DNA from: Candidatus Omnitrophota bacterium
GTDB lineage: Bacteria > Omnitrophota > Gorgyraeia > Pluralincolimonadales > Pluralincolimonadaceae
Direction: 5' to 3'
Length of the DNA: 64,000 bases
Assembly: GCA_041653595.1 (NCBI GenBank)
Contig: JBAZFB010000004.1
Span: forward strand, 14,757 to 78,756
Below are positions 41,158 through 49,013 of this stretch, piece after piece; the first letter of the stretch is position 1; the number at the start of each line of letters is the position of its first letter. The position numbers and the translations under genes were made by a program. The notes below the pieces were generated by a model. The model saw only the letters and a list, made by a program, of their open reading frames with translations, had not been told where the DNA came from and made no database searches.

Positions 41158-42117
41158 ATGCTGACGATCGGAAAGCTCAACCTGAAGTCCAGCCTCATCC
41201 TCGCCCCTATGGCGGGCATAACCGACCTGCCGTACCGCATGCTCAACCGCAAGTTCGGCGCCGAGCTCGCATTTACCGAGATGGTCAACGCGCGCTCGTT
41301 AAGCTACAGCAATGTCAAGGCGCTCGAGATGCTCGGATCGGCGAAAGGCGACAGGCCGCTCGGCATCCAGCTCGTCGGGAACGAGCCCGAATATCTTAAC
41401 CGCGCGGTAGAAAAACTCCATAAATACAGGTTCGATATCCTCGATTTCAACGCAGCCTGCCCGGAGAGAAAGGTCACCGCAAAGGGAGAGGGCGCCGCCC
41501 TTCTTAAAGACCTGAAAAAATTAAAACGCCTCCTTAAGATACTCGTCAGGGAATCGAAATGGCCGGTCACGGTCAAGCTTCGCTCCGGTTGGGACAAGAA
41601 TAGCGTAAACGCCGCGGATGCGGCTTTGCATGCCGAGGACGCGGGCGTGGCCGCAATATTCATCCACGGCAGGACGCGCAACCAGCTCTACGGCGGCCAG
41701 GCCGATTACGGCATAATAAGGAAGGTAAAAGGCGCCGTCAGGGTCCCGGTCATCGGAAGCGGCGACGTCTTGTCAGGGCCGCTCGCGAAGAAGATGTTCG
41801 ATGAGACCGGCTGCGACGCGATACTCCTTGCGCGCGGCGCGCTGGGGAACCCATGGCTGTTCAAAGAGGTAGAGGCTTATCTTAAGGATGGCTCTGTGCC
41901 GGAAAGGCCGTCAAAAGAGGTCATAATAAAGACGATGGTTAGTCATCTCAATGCCTCGGTCAAATGCTTCGGCGCGAAGAGGAGCATCCCGTTCTTCCGG
42001 AAATTCTTCTGCTGGTATACCAAGGGGCTCGATAACGTCCGCCCGCTGCGCGTAAAAGCATGCGCCGCTGAGACAAAGAAAGAAATGCTTGATATAATAA
42101 ACGAAATTAACATATAA
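41158..42117 (+). CDS. dus: tRNA-dihydrouridine synthase.
   Basis: 'LILAPMAGITDLPYRMLNRKFGAELAFTEMVNARSL…GIQLVGNEP…NAACP' are Dus family motifs. The ORF-track start 41083 overlaps the upstream gene. ATG at 41158 chosen. Confidence 0.85.
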   Translation: MLTIGKLNLKSSLILAPMAGITDLPYRMLNRKFGAELAFTEMVNARSLSYSNVKALEMLGSAKGDRPLGIQLVGNEPEYLNRAVEKLHKYRFDILDFNAACPERKVTAKGEGAALLKDLKKLKRLLKILVRESKWPVTVKLRSGWDKNSVNAADAALHAEDAGVAAIFIHGRTRNQLYGGQADYGIIRKVKGAVRVPVIGSGDVLSGPLAKKMFDETGCDAILLARGALGNPWLFKEVEAYLKDGSVPERPSKEVIIKTMVSHLNASVKCFGAKRSIPFFRKFFCWYTKGLDNVRPLRVKACAAETKKEMLDIINEINI

Positions 42118-42137
42118 TCTAATAAGGAAGGGCTAAT

Positions 42138-43229
42138 ATGAGACCAAAAAGGATAGCGATACTTACCGGCGGCGGGGACTGCCCGGGCCTGAACGCGGTC
42201 ATACGCGCCGTGGCTAAAAAAGCCATGGGCGAGGGGCGCGAGGTCGTGGGGATCAAGGACGGTTACAAGGGCCTCGTTGAAAACAATTTCAAGAAACTCG
42301 ATAATTCCGATGTCTCGGGTATCCTCACCCTGGGAGGCACGATACTCGGCACGTCCAATATCGCCAACCCTTACCGTTACGCCATAGAAGGCAAGGGCTG
42401 CAAGGTCACCTTCAAGGATTACCACAAGAGAGCCATAAATAATTTTAAGAACTCGAAAGCCGACGCGCTGGTGGCTATCGGCGGGGACGGGACGCTAAGC
42501 ATAGCCTATCGGCTTTATGAAGACGGCATCCCGGTAATCGGTGTCCCTAAGACGATAGATAACGATATCCTCGGCACCGACATCACGTTCGGTTTCGATA
42601 CGGCCGTATGGGTGGCGACCGAAGGCATAGACAGGATACACACGACCGCGCAATCGCATCATCGCGCGATGATAATAGAGGTCATGGGGCGGACCGCGGG
42701 CTGGATAGCCCTGCACTCCGGGGTTGCCGGCGGCGGCGATATCATACTCATCCCCGAGATCCCCTACGATATCAATGTGGTCGTCAAAAAGATAAAAGAT
42801 AGGCACCGCAGGGGAAAGAGGTTCAGCATAATAGTGATATCCGAAGGCGCGAAGCCGAAGGGCGGGGATGTTGTAGTAAAGAGGGTGGTAAAGGAGAGTT
42901 TCGAGTCGGTCAGGCTCGGCGGCGTAAGCTTTGTTCTCGGCAGCCAGATCGAGAAATTAGCGTGCGGCATCGAGTCGCGCGCTGTAGTGATGGGCCATCT
43001 ACAAAGGGGCGGTTCGCCCACGCCTTTCGACCGCGTATTAGCCACACAGCTCGGCACAAGGGCGGTGGATTTCATAAACGAAGGCGCGTTCGGCCATATG
43101 GTCGCGGTCAGGAACAATGAGTTTGTGAAAGTCTCGCTCAGTGAAGTAGCCGGGGGCAAAAGGCTTGTCCCGAGGAACCATCCGCTCGTCGCGTCAGCGC
43201 GCGCGGTCGGGACCTGCTTCGGGGATTAA
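42138..43229 (+). CDS. pfk: 6-phosphofructokinase, ATP-dependent type judging by the GGDGT motif.
   Basis: 'RIAILTGGGDCPGLNAVIRAV' and 'AIGGDGTLS' are PFK signatures. Confidence 0.85.
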   Translation: MRPKRIAILTGGGDCPGLNAVIRAVAKKAMGEGREVVGIKDGYKGLVENNFKKLDNSDVSGILTLGGTILGTSNIANPYRYAIEGKGCKVTFKDYHKRAINNFKNSKADALVAIGGDGTLSIAYRLYEDGIPVIGVPKTIDNDILGTDITFGFDTAVWVATEGIDRIHTTAQSHHRAMIIEVMGRTAGWIALHSGVAGGGDIILIPEIPYDINVVVKKIKDRHRRGKRFSIIVISEGAKPKGGDVVVKRVVKESFESVRLGGVSFVLGSQIEKLACGIESRAVVMGHLQRGGSPTPFDRVLATQLGTRAVDFINEGAFGHMVAVRNNEFVKVSLSEVAGGKRLVPRNHPLVASARAVGTCFGD

Positions 43230-43246
43230 GGATCCAAGGAGGGAAG

Positions 43247-43504
43247 ATGAAGAGCATACTGATAGCGCTTTTGCGCACCCGCAGTAGATCGGCGGTGAAT
43301 TTCCAGAAAGTCCTCACCAAATACGGTTGTTTCGTGAAGACGCGCCTCGGCATCCACGACGGCGTCCTTAACCAATGCTCCGATGTTGGCCTGATAATTC
43401 TAGAACTCGTCGGTGACAGCAAGAAAAAGAAGGAACTCGCCAAAAGGCTTAATGCCATTCCCGGCGTCACCGCGAAACTCGTCGAGATCACTCTTAAAAA
43501 ATAA
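43247..43504 (+). CDS. Small hypothetical protein (85 aa), possibly ACT/NikR-C-like.
   Basis: Compact ORF with a 17-nt gap after pfk and 3 nt before the next gene. No recognisable motif. Fold guess only. Confidence 0.45.
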   Translation: MKSILIALLRTRSRSAVNFQKVLTKYGCFVKTRLGIHDGVLNQCSDVGLIILELVGDSKKKKELAKRLNAIPGVTAKLVEITLKK

Positions 43505-43507
43505 CCC

Positions 43508-44170
43508 ATGCCGCGATACACAGCCAAAGAGATATTAAAGAAACTCAAATCCCTTTCGAACCCCAAAAATATCGAGGGAATGTCGCGCTTCGGCATCAGT
43601 TCCAAAAATACCCTCGGCGTATCTATACCAAATCTCAGGAAGATAGCGAAAGAGACAGGCAAAGACCACGCGCTCGCGCAAAAACTGTGGGCATCAGGCA
43701 TCCACGAGGCGCGCATCCTCGCCGGTATGGTAGCCGATCCCGATAAGGTCACGCACAAAGAGATGGACAAGTGGGCGAAGGATTTCGATTCGTGGGATGT
43801 CTGCGACCAGGTATGTTCGAACCTTTTTTCTTATACGCCGGTCGCCCACAAGAAGACCATCGAATGGAGCAGGAAGAAAGAAGAATATTATAAGCGGTCG
43901 GGTTTCGCGCTGATGGCCTGCCTCGCGGTCCATGACAAGAAGGCGAAAGACGCGGCATTCATGGTTTATTTTCCCGTAATAAAGAGGGAGTCTACCGACG
44001 AGCGCAATTACGTCAGGAAAGCCGTCAACTGGGCCCTGCGCCAGATCGGCAAGCGCAACTCGAAACTCAGGAAAGCCGCGCTTAAAGCTGCCAAAGAGAT
44101 ATATAATATAGACTCGAAGGCCGCCCGCTGGATCGCCGCGGACGCGATAAGGGAGTTAAAGAATAGATGA
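43508..44170 (+). CDS. DNA alkylation repair protein (AlkD/AlkC-like HEAT-repeat glycosylase family).
   Basis: 'AKEILKKLKSLSNPKNIEGMSRFGI…LGVSIPNLRKIAKE…LWASGIHEARILA' matches the DNA_alkylation family. Confidence 0.7.
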   Translation: MPRYTAKEILKKLKSLSNPKNIEGMSRFGISSKNTLGVSIPNLRKIAKETGKDHALAQKLWASGIHEARILAGMVADPDKVTHKEMDKWAKDFDSWDVCDQVCSNLFSYTPVAHKKTIEWSRKKEEYYKRSGFALMACLAVHDKKAKDAAFMVYFPVIKRESTDERNYVRKAVNWALRQIGKRNSKLRKAALKAAKEIYNIDSKAARWIAADAIRELKNR

Positions 44171-44634
44171 GCAGGAGATTCATGCTCCTGGCCGTTAAAG
44201 AGGCCGCGAAGAACCTCAAGAAGATGGGCGGCGGGCCGTTCGGCGCCTGCATCGTCAAAGGTAACAGGGTGATTGCCGTTGCGCGAAACTCCGTCCTGAA
44301 AAATGACGCGACATGCCATGCCGAGATGAATGCCATACGTCTTGCCTCGCGCAAATTAAAGACCTTCGACCTTTCAGGATGCGTTATTTATTCTACGACA
44401 GAGCCGTGCCCGATGTGTTTTTCCGCGATACACTGGGCCCGGATAGATAAGATAATCTACGGCACGTCGACGAAAGACGCCAAAAAGATCGGTTTCAACG
44501 AGCTCGAGATAACCGACAGCCGTCTCAAATCCCTGGGAAAGAGCAGGGTAAAACTTGTCCCGGGATATATGCGTAAAGAATGCCTCGAACTCCTCAATAA
44601 ATTCAATGGACTTCCAAATAAGAAATTATATTAA
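44167..44634 (+). CDS. CMP/dCMP-type zinc deaminase (TadA/guanine deaminase-like nucleoside deaminase).
   Basis: The HAE…(zinc ligand) and 'TEPCPMC' motifs (CHAEMNAIRLA…YSTTEPCPMCFSAIHWARI) are the cytidine/deoxycytidylate deaminase zinc signature. Confidence 0.8.
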   Translation: MSRRFMLLAVKEAAKNLKKMGGGPFGACIVKGNRVIAVARNSVLKNDATCHAEMNAIRLASRKLKTFDLSGCVIYSTTEPCPMCFSAIHWARIDKIIYGTSTKDAKKIGFNELEITDSRLKSLGKSRVKLVPGYMRKECLELLNKFNGLPNKKLY

Positions 44635-45169
44635 GATCTACCTCTGGGCAGTCGCGATCTCCCTGGTCGCCTTCTTCGCCTATAACATCCTCCAGGAAGT
44701 CTTCGGCGGCGAGCAGGCCCGGATAAAAAAATTCATAATGACCGGGAAAGCCCGTATCGAGAAGAAGAACATCCTCGGCATCTCGGATATGGTCTCCTTC
44801 AACTACAAGGACAAATACGGCAATGACCGCCCGGCTATTGTCTACGGCGCGAAGGGTTTCGTCTCGTATTATAAGGATGTCTTCATAAATATCGAGAGCG
44901 TCGATATAAAACTGAACGCGGCGAAGACAGAGGCGGACGTGGAAGTGGTCGCCCTGATAATAGGCCGCACCGGCGGGGGGACATCGGAAACGATAATGCA
45001 GGGGCTGGAAGGGGAGAAGGATAAGTTCAGGCTGAGGCTCATCAAAGAAGAAAACGGCTGGAAGCTCCTTGAGTTGGAATTCCTCCAGCCGCTAAATGTG
45101 ATGGGCGAGACTATCGGCTGCGTCCCAGCGCCTTGTCGAGATTATTCTGGAGATCCGCCTTCTTCCTGA
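44606..45169 (+). CDS. Hypothetical membrane-anchored protein (one N-terminal TM helix; NTF2/SnoaL-like fold guessed).
   Basis: Start chosen at ATG 44606 (MDFQIRNYIKIYLWAVAISLVAFFAY), not ORF-track 44555, to limit overlap with the deaminase gene. Its 3' end overlaps the convergent ppiD by 59 nt. Confidence 0.5.
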   Translation: MDFQIRNYIKIYLWAVAISLVAFFAYNILQEVFGGEQARIKKFIMTGKARIEKKNILGISDMVSFNYKDKYGNDRPAIVYGAKGFVSYYKDVFINIESVDIKLNAAKTEADVEVVALIIGRTGGGTSETIMQGLEGEKDKFRLRLIKEENGWKLLELEFLQPLNVMGETIGCVPAPCRDYSGDPPSS

Positions 45170-46559
45170 GCTCGTTGAACCAGGTTATCGAGGCGAAATA
45201 TCTCTTCTGCTCCGCCATCATCTTCTTCAATTTATCTTTTTCTTCCTGGTATTTCTTCTCGTCTATGGGGACTATCGAATCCTGTTTCACGATCGCGTAT
45301 CCGTCATGGACCCTGACCGCGTCGCCGAATACCTCGCCCTGTTTTAAGGAGAACGCGGCTTCCGCGAACTCGGGCGCCACGCCGAGTCCTTCTATATATT
45401 GTCCGCGCGCGAACGCGTCGGTCTTTTTGACGGATAGCGACAGCCCTTTCGCGGCCGACTCGAATGACTCTTTCTTTTCGATAGAGGCCTTTATCGCCTT
45501 CAGGGCTTCCTGCGCCTTGGTTTTTGCCGTCGCATCAGCTTTCTCCGCCTTTAAACTTTTTTCGACGGCATCCTTTACCTCGGCGAGGGCGGCCTGGCGC
45601 TCCGGCTTCTTTTCCTTTATCTTTATTATATATACGCCGGTCTTCGTTTCGATGGGGCTGCTGACCTGGCCCTCGGCAAGGGAGAGCGCGGTGTCCGCGA
45701 ATTTGAGGTCGTATCCTATGGTCGGGATATTCGTCTCCCTGTTAAAAAGCCCCGTCTCTTTTACCGCGAGCGAGAACTTCTTTGCGGCCGCCGCGAGGTC
45801 CGTGTTCGCGGCTAATTCGTAGGAGACATCCTTCATCTCTTTCCTGATCTTTTGTTTAGTCTCTTCCTTGTCGTCCGGGAACGGCTTGGCGATGTATTCC
45901 GCGTTCACCTGCGCGGGTATCTTAAAGGCCTCTTTGTTCTTTTCGAAATAGGCCTTTATCTCGTCTTCGGCCGCCGCGGCCTTCGGAAGGTTATCGGCGG
46001 TCTTGAACAACGCGTAATCGGCTTTCGCCTTTTCGTTCAGGAATTTATATTCCTTGAGGACTTCATCGTCGGTGATCTTCGCGTCGCCGCTGTGTTTTTC
46101 GATCAGCTTGTCTATCGCCAGGTTCTCTTTGACCTGTCCCTCGAACTCAGCAGGGGTGAGGCCGAGGCTGTATTTCAGTATCTCCTCGTATTGCCTCTTG
46201 CTGAACCTGCCGCTCTTGTCGTTGAAGGCGGTTATTTCCTTGACGGAATCGACGATCTCCTTATCGCTGACTTTTATGCGCTCTTTTTTTGCCTCGTAGA
46301 GCATTATGAGCCTGTTCCATGCCTCGTCCTCGACCACCTTTTGTACTTTCGAATCGTCGGGCAGGTTGCCGTACCTCATTTTCAGCTGGGTCGCCGCGGC
46401 GTTATAGGCCTTCCGGAAATCGCTTATGGGGACCTTCCTGCCGAATATCTTTCCGGCCGGCGGGTTGGTCTCGTGTCCGCTGACCGCGTAGAGGCCGATG
46501 AAGGCCACTATCAAAATATAAAGAGGCACCCTTGCGTTTTCCCTGATCTGTTTGAGCAT
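45111..46559 (-). CDS. ppiD: Periplasmic chaperone / peptidyl-prolyl isomerase PpiD-like (SurA-N plus parvulin domain).
   Basis: Start set at the internal Met (MLKQIRENARVPLYILIVAFIGLYA, signal anchor) preceded by GGAGAACCTAAAatg. The ORF-track start 46757 adds 66 non-hydrophobic residues. Parvulin-like segment 'VSSPIETKTGVYIIKIKEK'. Confidence 0.8.
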   Translation of the reverse strand: MLKQIRENARVPLYILIVAFIGLYAVSGHETNPPAGKIFGRKVPISDFRKAYNAAATQLKMRYGNLPDDSKVQKVVEDEAWNRLIMLYEAKKERIKVSDKEIVDSVKEITAFNDKSGRFSKRQYEEILKYSLGLTPAEFEGQVKENLAIDKLIEKHSGDAKITDDEVLKEYKFLNEKAKADYALFKTADNLPKAAAAEDEIKAYFEKNKEAFKIPAQVNAEYIAKPFPDDKEETKQKIRKEMKDVSYELAANTDLAAAAKKFSLAVKETGLFNRETNIPTIGYDLKFADTALSLAEGQVSSPIETKTGVYIIKIKEKKPERQAALAEVKDAVEKSLKAEKADATAKTKAQEALKAIKASIEKKESFESAAKGLSLSVKKTDAFARGQYIEGLGVAPEFAEAAFSLKQGEVFGDAVRVHDGYAIVKQDSIVPIDEKKYQEEKDKLKKMMAEQKRYFASITWFNELRKKADLQNNLDKALGRSR

Positions 46560-46710
46560 TTTAGGTTCTCCTTGGAACCCCCGTTGCGAGGGGGTATATA
46601 AAGTCAGGACATTATAACAGGAAAACCGGGGACAGGCAACCCCATTTATGGTAAGATAAAGTAAACTTTTTGCGGTCATTATACGTCTAATAAAGTAAAA
46701 GGAGGATAAG

Positions 46711-47034
46711 ATGAGGGTATCCCAGGCAATTTTGGCGGCAGCGCTTGTCCTGATCATCGCGTCAAGCTCGGCCTTTACCGGTTATTATATCGGCAAGACG
46801 CAATCAAGGGAGCACGCCTTTGAGAGGTTCCATAAGCTGAAGGAATACGGTAAGGAGCATCCCGAGCAGTTCAAAAAGATGATGGACCGCAGGCGCGGGC
46901 AGATCCGCGAGAGGCTCGGGAAATTGAAAGAGAAGGACCCGGCGAAGTACAGGGAGATAATCCAGGGCCAGATCGAGAGGATGGAGTCGACCCTCTCGGA
47001 GCTCAAGAAGGACCTGGCGGATACGGGCAAGTAG
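46711..47034 (+). CDS. Small membrane-anchored coiled-coil protein, first gene of a putative ECF sigma operon.
   Basis: SD aaaaggaggataagATG. N-terminal TM helix (AILAAALVLIIASSSAF) then a charged helical region. 14 nt upstream of the sigma-factor gene. Confidence 0.65.
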   Translation: MRVSQAILAAALVLIIASSSAFTGYYIGKTQSREHAFERFHKLKEYGKEHPEQFKKMMDRRRGQIRERLGKLKEKDPAKYREIIQGQIERMESTLSELKKDLADTGK

Positions 47035-47048
47035 GGGTCGAACCGATA

Positions 47049-47651
47049 TTGGATCCTGAACTTCTGCTTATTGAACGGGCAAAAAATGGCGAGCGGGCTG
47101 CGTTCGACTCGCTTGTGGATATCTACAAGGGGAAGGCGTTCGCCCTCGCTTACAGTTTTACCGGGAACGCCGAAGATGCCAAGGACGTGCTGCAGGAGGC
47201 GTTCGTAAAGGCGTATTTGAATATCAGGAAATTCCGCGGCGGCTCGGCTTTCTATACCTGGTTTTACAGGATACTGGTGAACCAGTGCAGGGACGTCTTA
47301 AGGAAGAAGCAGTCCAGGATGAAGGTGCTTGCCGACATGCCTGAGCCCGCGGATGAGGACGATGCGGCGCCGGTAGAGGCGGTCGAGGGTGGTCCGGACC
47401 CGGGAGAGGCGCTCCTCAACAAGGAGATACGGGAAAAAGTCGACGAGGCGATAAATAGGCTGCCGGAGAAGCAGAAGATGACATTTATATTAAGACATGT
47501 GCACGGGATGAAATTGGGCGAGATCGCCGGCGTGATAAAATGCAGCGAGTCGACCGCGAAGGTCCATCTTTTTCGCGCGACAAAGAACCTGCAAAAGGCG
47601 TTATCGCCGTACATAAATACGGAGGGGGGTGGCCAATATGGCGTCGTTTAA
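47049..47651 (+). CDS. RNA polymerase ECF-type sigma-70 factor.
   Basis: Region 2 (LLIERAKNGERAAFDSLVDIYKGKAFALAYSFTGNAEDAKDVLQEAFVKAY) and region 4 (MTFILRHVHGMKLGEIAGVIKCSESTAKVHLFRA). Confidence 0.9.
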   Translation: MDPELLLIERAKNGERAAFDSLVDIYKGKAFALAYSFTGNAEDAKDVLQEAFVKAYLNIRKFRGGSAFYTWFYRILVNQCRDVLRKKQSRMKVLADMPEPADEDDAAPVEAVEGGPDPGEALLNKEIREKVDEAINRLPEKQKMTFILRHVHGMKLGEIAGVIKCSESTAKVHLFRATKNLQKALSPYINTEGGGQYGVV

Positions 47652-48000
47652 GGATATTATGGAGATGATGGCGAAGAAGAAGGTTCCCGAGCCTCAAAAA
47701 GAGTTTTGGCTGAAGTTCGACAGGGAACTGCGCGAAAGGCTGGATGCCATAGACAGCCGTAAGTCTAGCCGCGGCTATGGGTTCGCCGAAAGCCTGGGCT
47801 GGGCCTTCTCCGCGATATTCCAGCCCAAGCCGGTCCTTGTCGCGGCGACATTAGTCGTTGCGATCAACCTGATGGTCTTCTCCCTGTCATCCGGCGGATC
47901 GGGCCTTGTCTCGGTCGCGCTCCTCTCAAGGGATGACCTCGCCGGAGAGTTCGTGCTGACGGAAGAACTGGCTTCCGGCGAAAATATCGTTGACTTTTAG
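47629..48000 (+). CDS. Putative anti-sigma factor (single-pass membrane protein).
   Basis: Overlaps the sigma-factor gene by 23 nt. Has one TM helix (VLVAATLVVAINLMVFSL) with short flanking domains. Assignment is by context only. Confidence 0.55.
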   Translation: MANMASFKDIMEMMAKKKVPEPQKEFWLKFDRELRERLDAIDSRKSSRGYGFAESLGWAFSAIFQPKPVLVAATLVVAINLMVFSLSSGGSGLVSVALLSRDDLAGEFVLTEELASGENIVDF

Positions 48001-48025
48001 GCTCGTAGAATATAGAATATGAGCC

Positions 48026-48901
48026 ATGTCAAAGCTAAAAATAGGTTTGCCGAAAGGTAGCCTGCAAGAGGCTACCTTTAAACTGTTTAAGAAGGCCGGA
48101 TTTTCCATATCCTCTTCAGAGAGGTCGTATTTTCCTTCGACCGATGACCCGGAGCTTGCCCCTGTCCTGTTGAGGGCGCAGGAGATGTCGCGGTATGTCG
48201 AAGGGGGCATCCTCGATTGCGGCATTACCGGCAATGACTGGATACTCGAGAACAAGTCCGACGTCATCCGCGTCGAAGAGCTTACCTACGCCAAACAGAG
48301 CCTCAATCCCGTAAGATGGGTCCTGGCCGTCCCGGAGAATTCCAATATACGCGGCGTAAAGGACCTCAGCGGCAAAAGGATAGCCACCGAACTCGTAAAT
48401 TTCACAAAAGAATATCTTAAGAAGAAGAAAGTCGCCGCCGACGTCGAATTCTCCTGGGGCGCGACAGAGGCCAAGGTATATTCCGGCCTTGTCGACGCTA
48501 TCGTCGAACTTACCGAGACCGGCTCGTCGCTGCGCGCGCACAACCTCAAGATCGTCGAGACGCTCTGCACATCGACGACCCAATTAATAGCGAACAAAAA
48601 ATCCTGGAAGGACCCCTGGAAGAGGGCGAAGATAGAGAAGATCGCCATACTCCTCAAGGGCGCCATAGCCGCCGAGGAGAAGGTCGGCCTGAAGATGAAC
48701 ATCGCTAACAAGAACCTGAAGAAGATCCTCGGCATACTTCCGGCCATGCGCAGGCCCACGATCTCGCAGCTTAGCGTCCCCGGATGGTGCGCGATCGAGA
48801 CGATCATAGACGAGAAACAGGTGCGCGAGCTCATACCCAAATTGAAACAGGCCGGGGCGGAAGGCATAATCGAATACCCGCTCAATAAAGTCATATATTA
48901 A
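48026..48901 (+). CDS. hisG: ATP phosphoribosyltransferase, long form with C-terminal regulatory domain.
   Basis: '[12 protein letters not shown]…' and '[20 protein letters not shown]' match HisG. Its 291 aa length fits the long form. Confidence 0.85.
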   Translation: MSKLKIGLPKGSLQEATFKLFKKAGFSISSSERSYFPSTDDPELAPVLLRAQEMSRYVEGGILDCGITGNDWILENKSDVIRVEELTYAKQSLNPVRWVLAVPENSNIRGVKDLSGKRIATELVNFTKEYLKKKKVAADVEFSWGATEAKVYSGLVDAIVELTETGSSLRAHNLKIVETLCTSTTQLIANKKSWKDPWKRAKIEKIAILLKGAIAAEEKVGLKMNIANKNLKKILGILPAMRRPTISQLSVPGWCAIETIIDEKQVRELIPKLKQAGAEGIIEYPLNKVIY

Positions 48902-48917
48902 AAGGAGGCAGTACAAG

Positions 48918-49007
48918 ATGCCGTGCGGTAAAAAGCGCAAAAGAAGGAAGATCAGGACTCACAAGAGGAAAAAGAGGCTCCGCAGGGATAGGCACAAGAA
49001 GAAGTAG
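48918..49007 (+). CDS. 29-aa highly basic micro-protein resembling ribosomal protein bS22 (AURKAIP1/COX24-like).
   Basis: Not in the ORF track because it is under 60 aa. SD aaaggaggcagtacaagATG. MPCGKKRKRRKIRTHKRKKRLRRDRHKKK resembles the bS22 pattern (M-x-x-G-K-K-R-K…H-K-R-K-K-R-L-R-x-x-R-H-K-K), recalled from memory and not checked. Confidence 0.6.
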   Translation: MPCGKKRKRRKIRTHKRKKRLRRDRHKKK

Positions 49008-49013
49008 TCCTTC

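Noticed and set aside
45133-46601. Plus-strand ORFs 45133..45822 and 45852..46601 opposite ppiD
   Set aside because: Antisense to a PpiD-like gene with a parvulin motif and good RBS. Ser/Phe/Ala-rich low-complexity.
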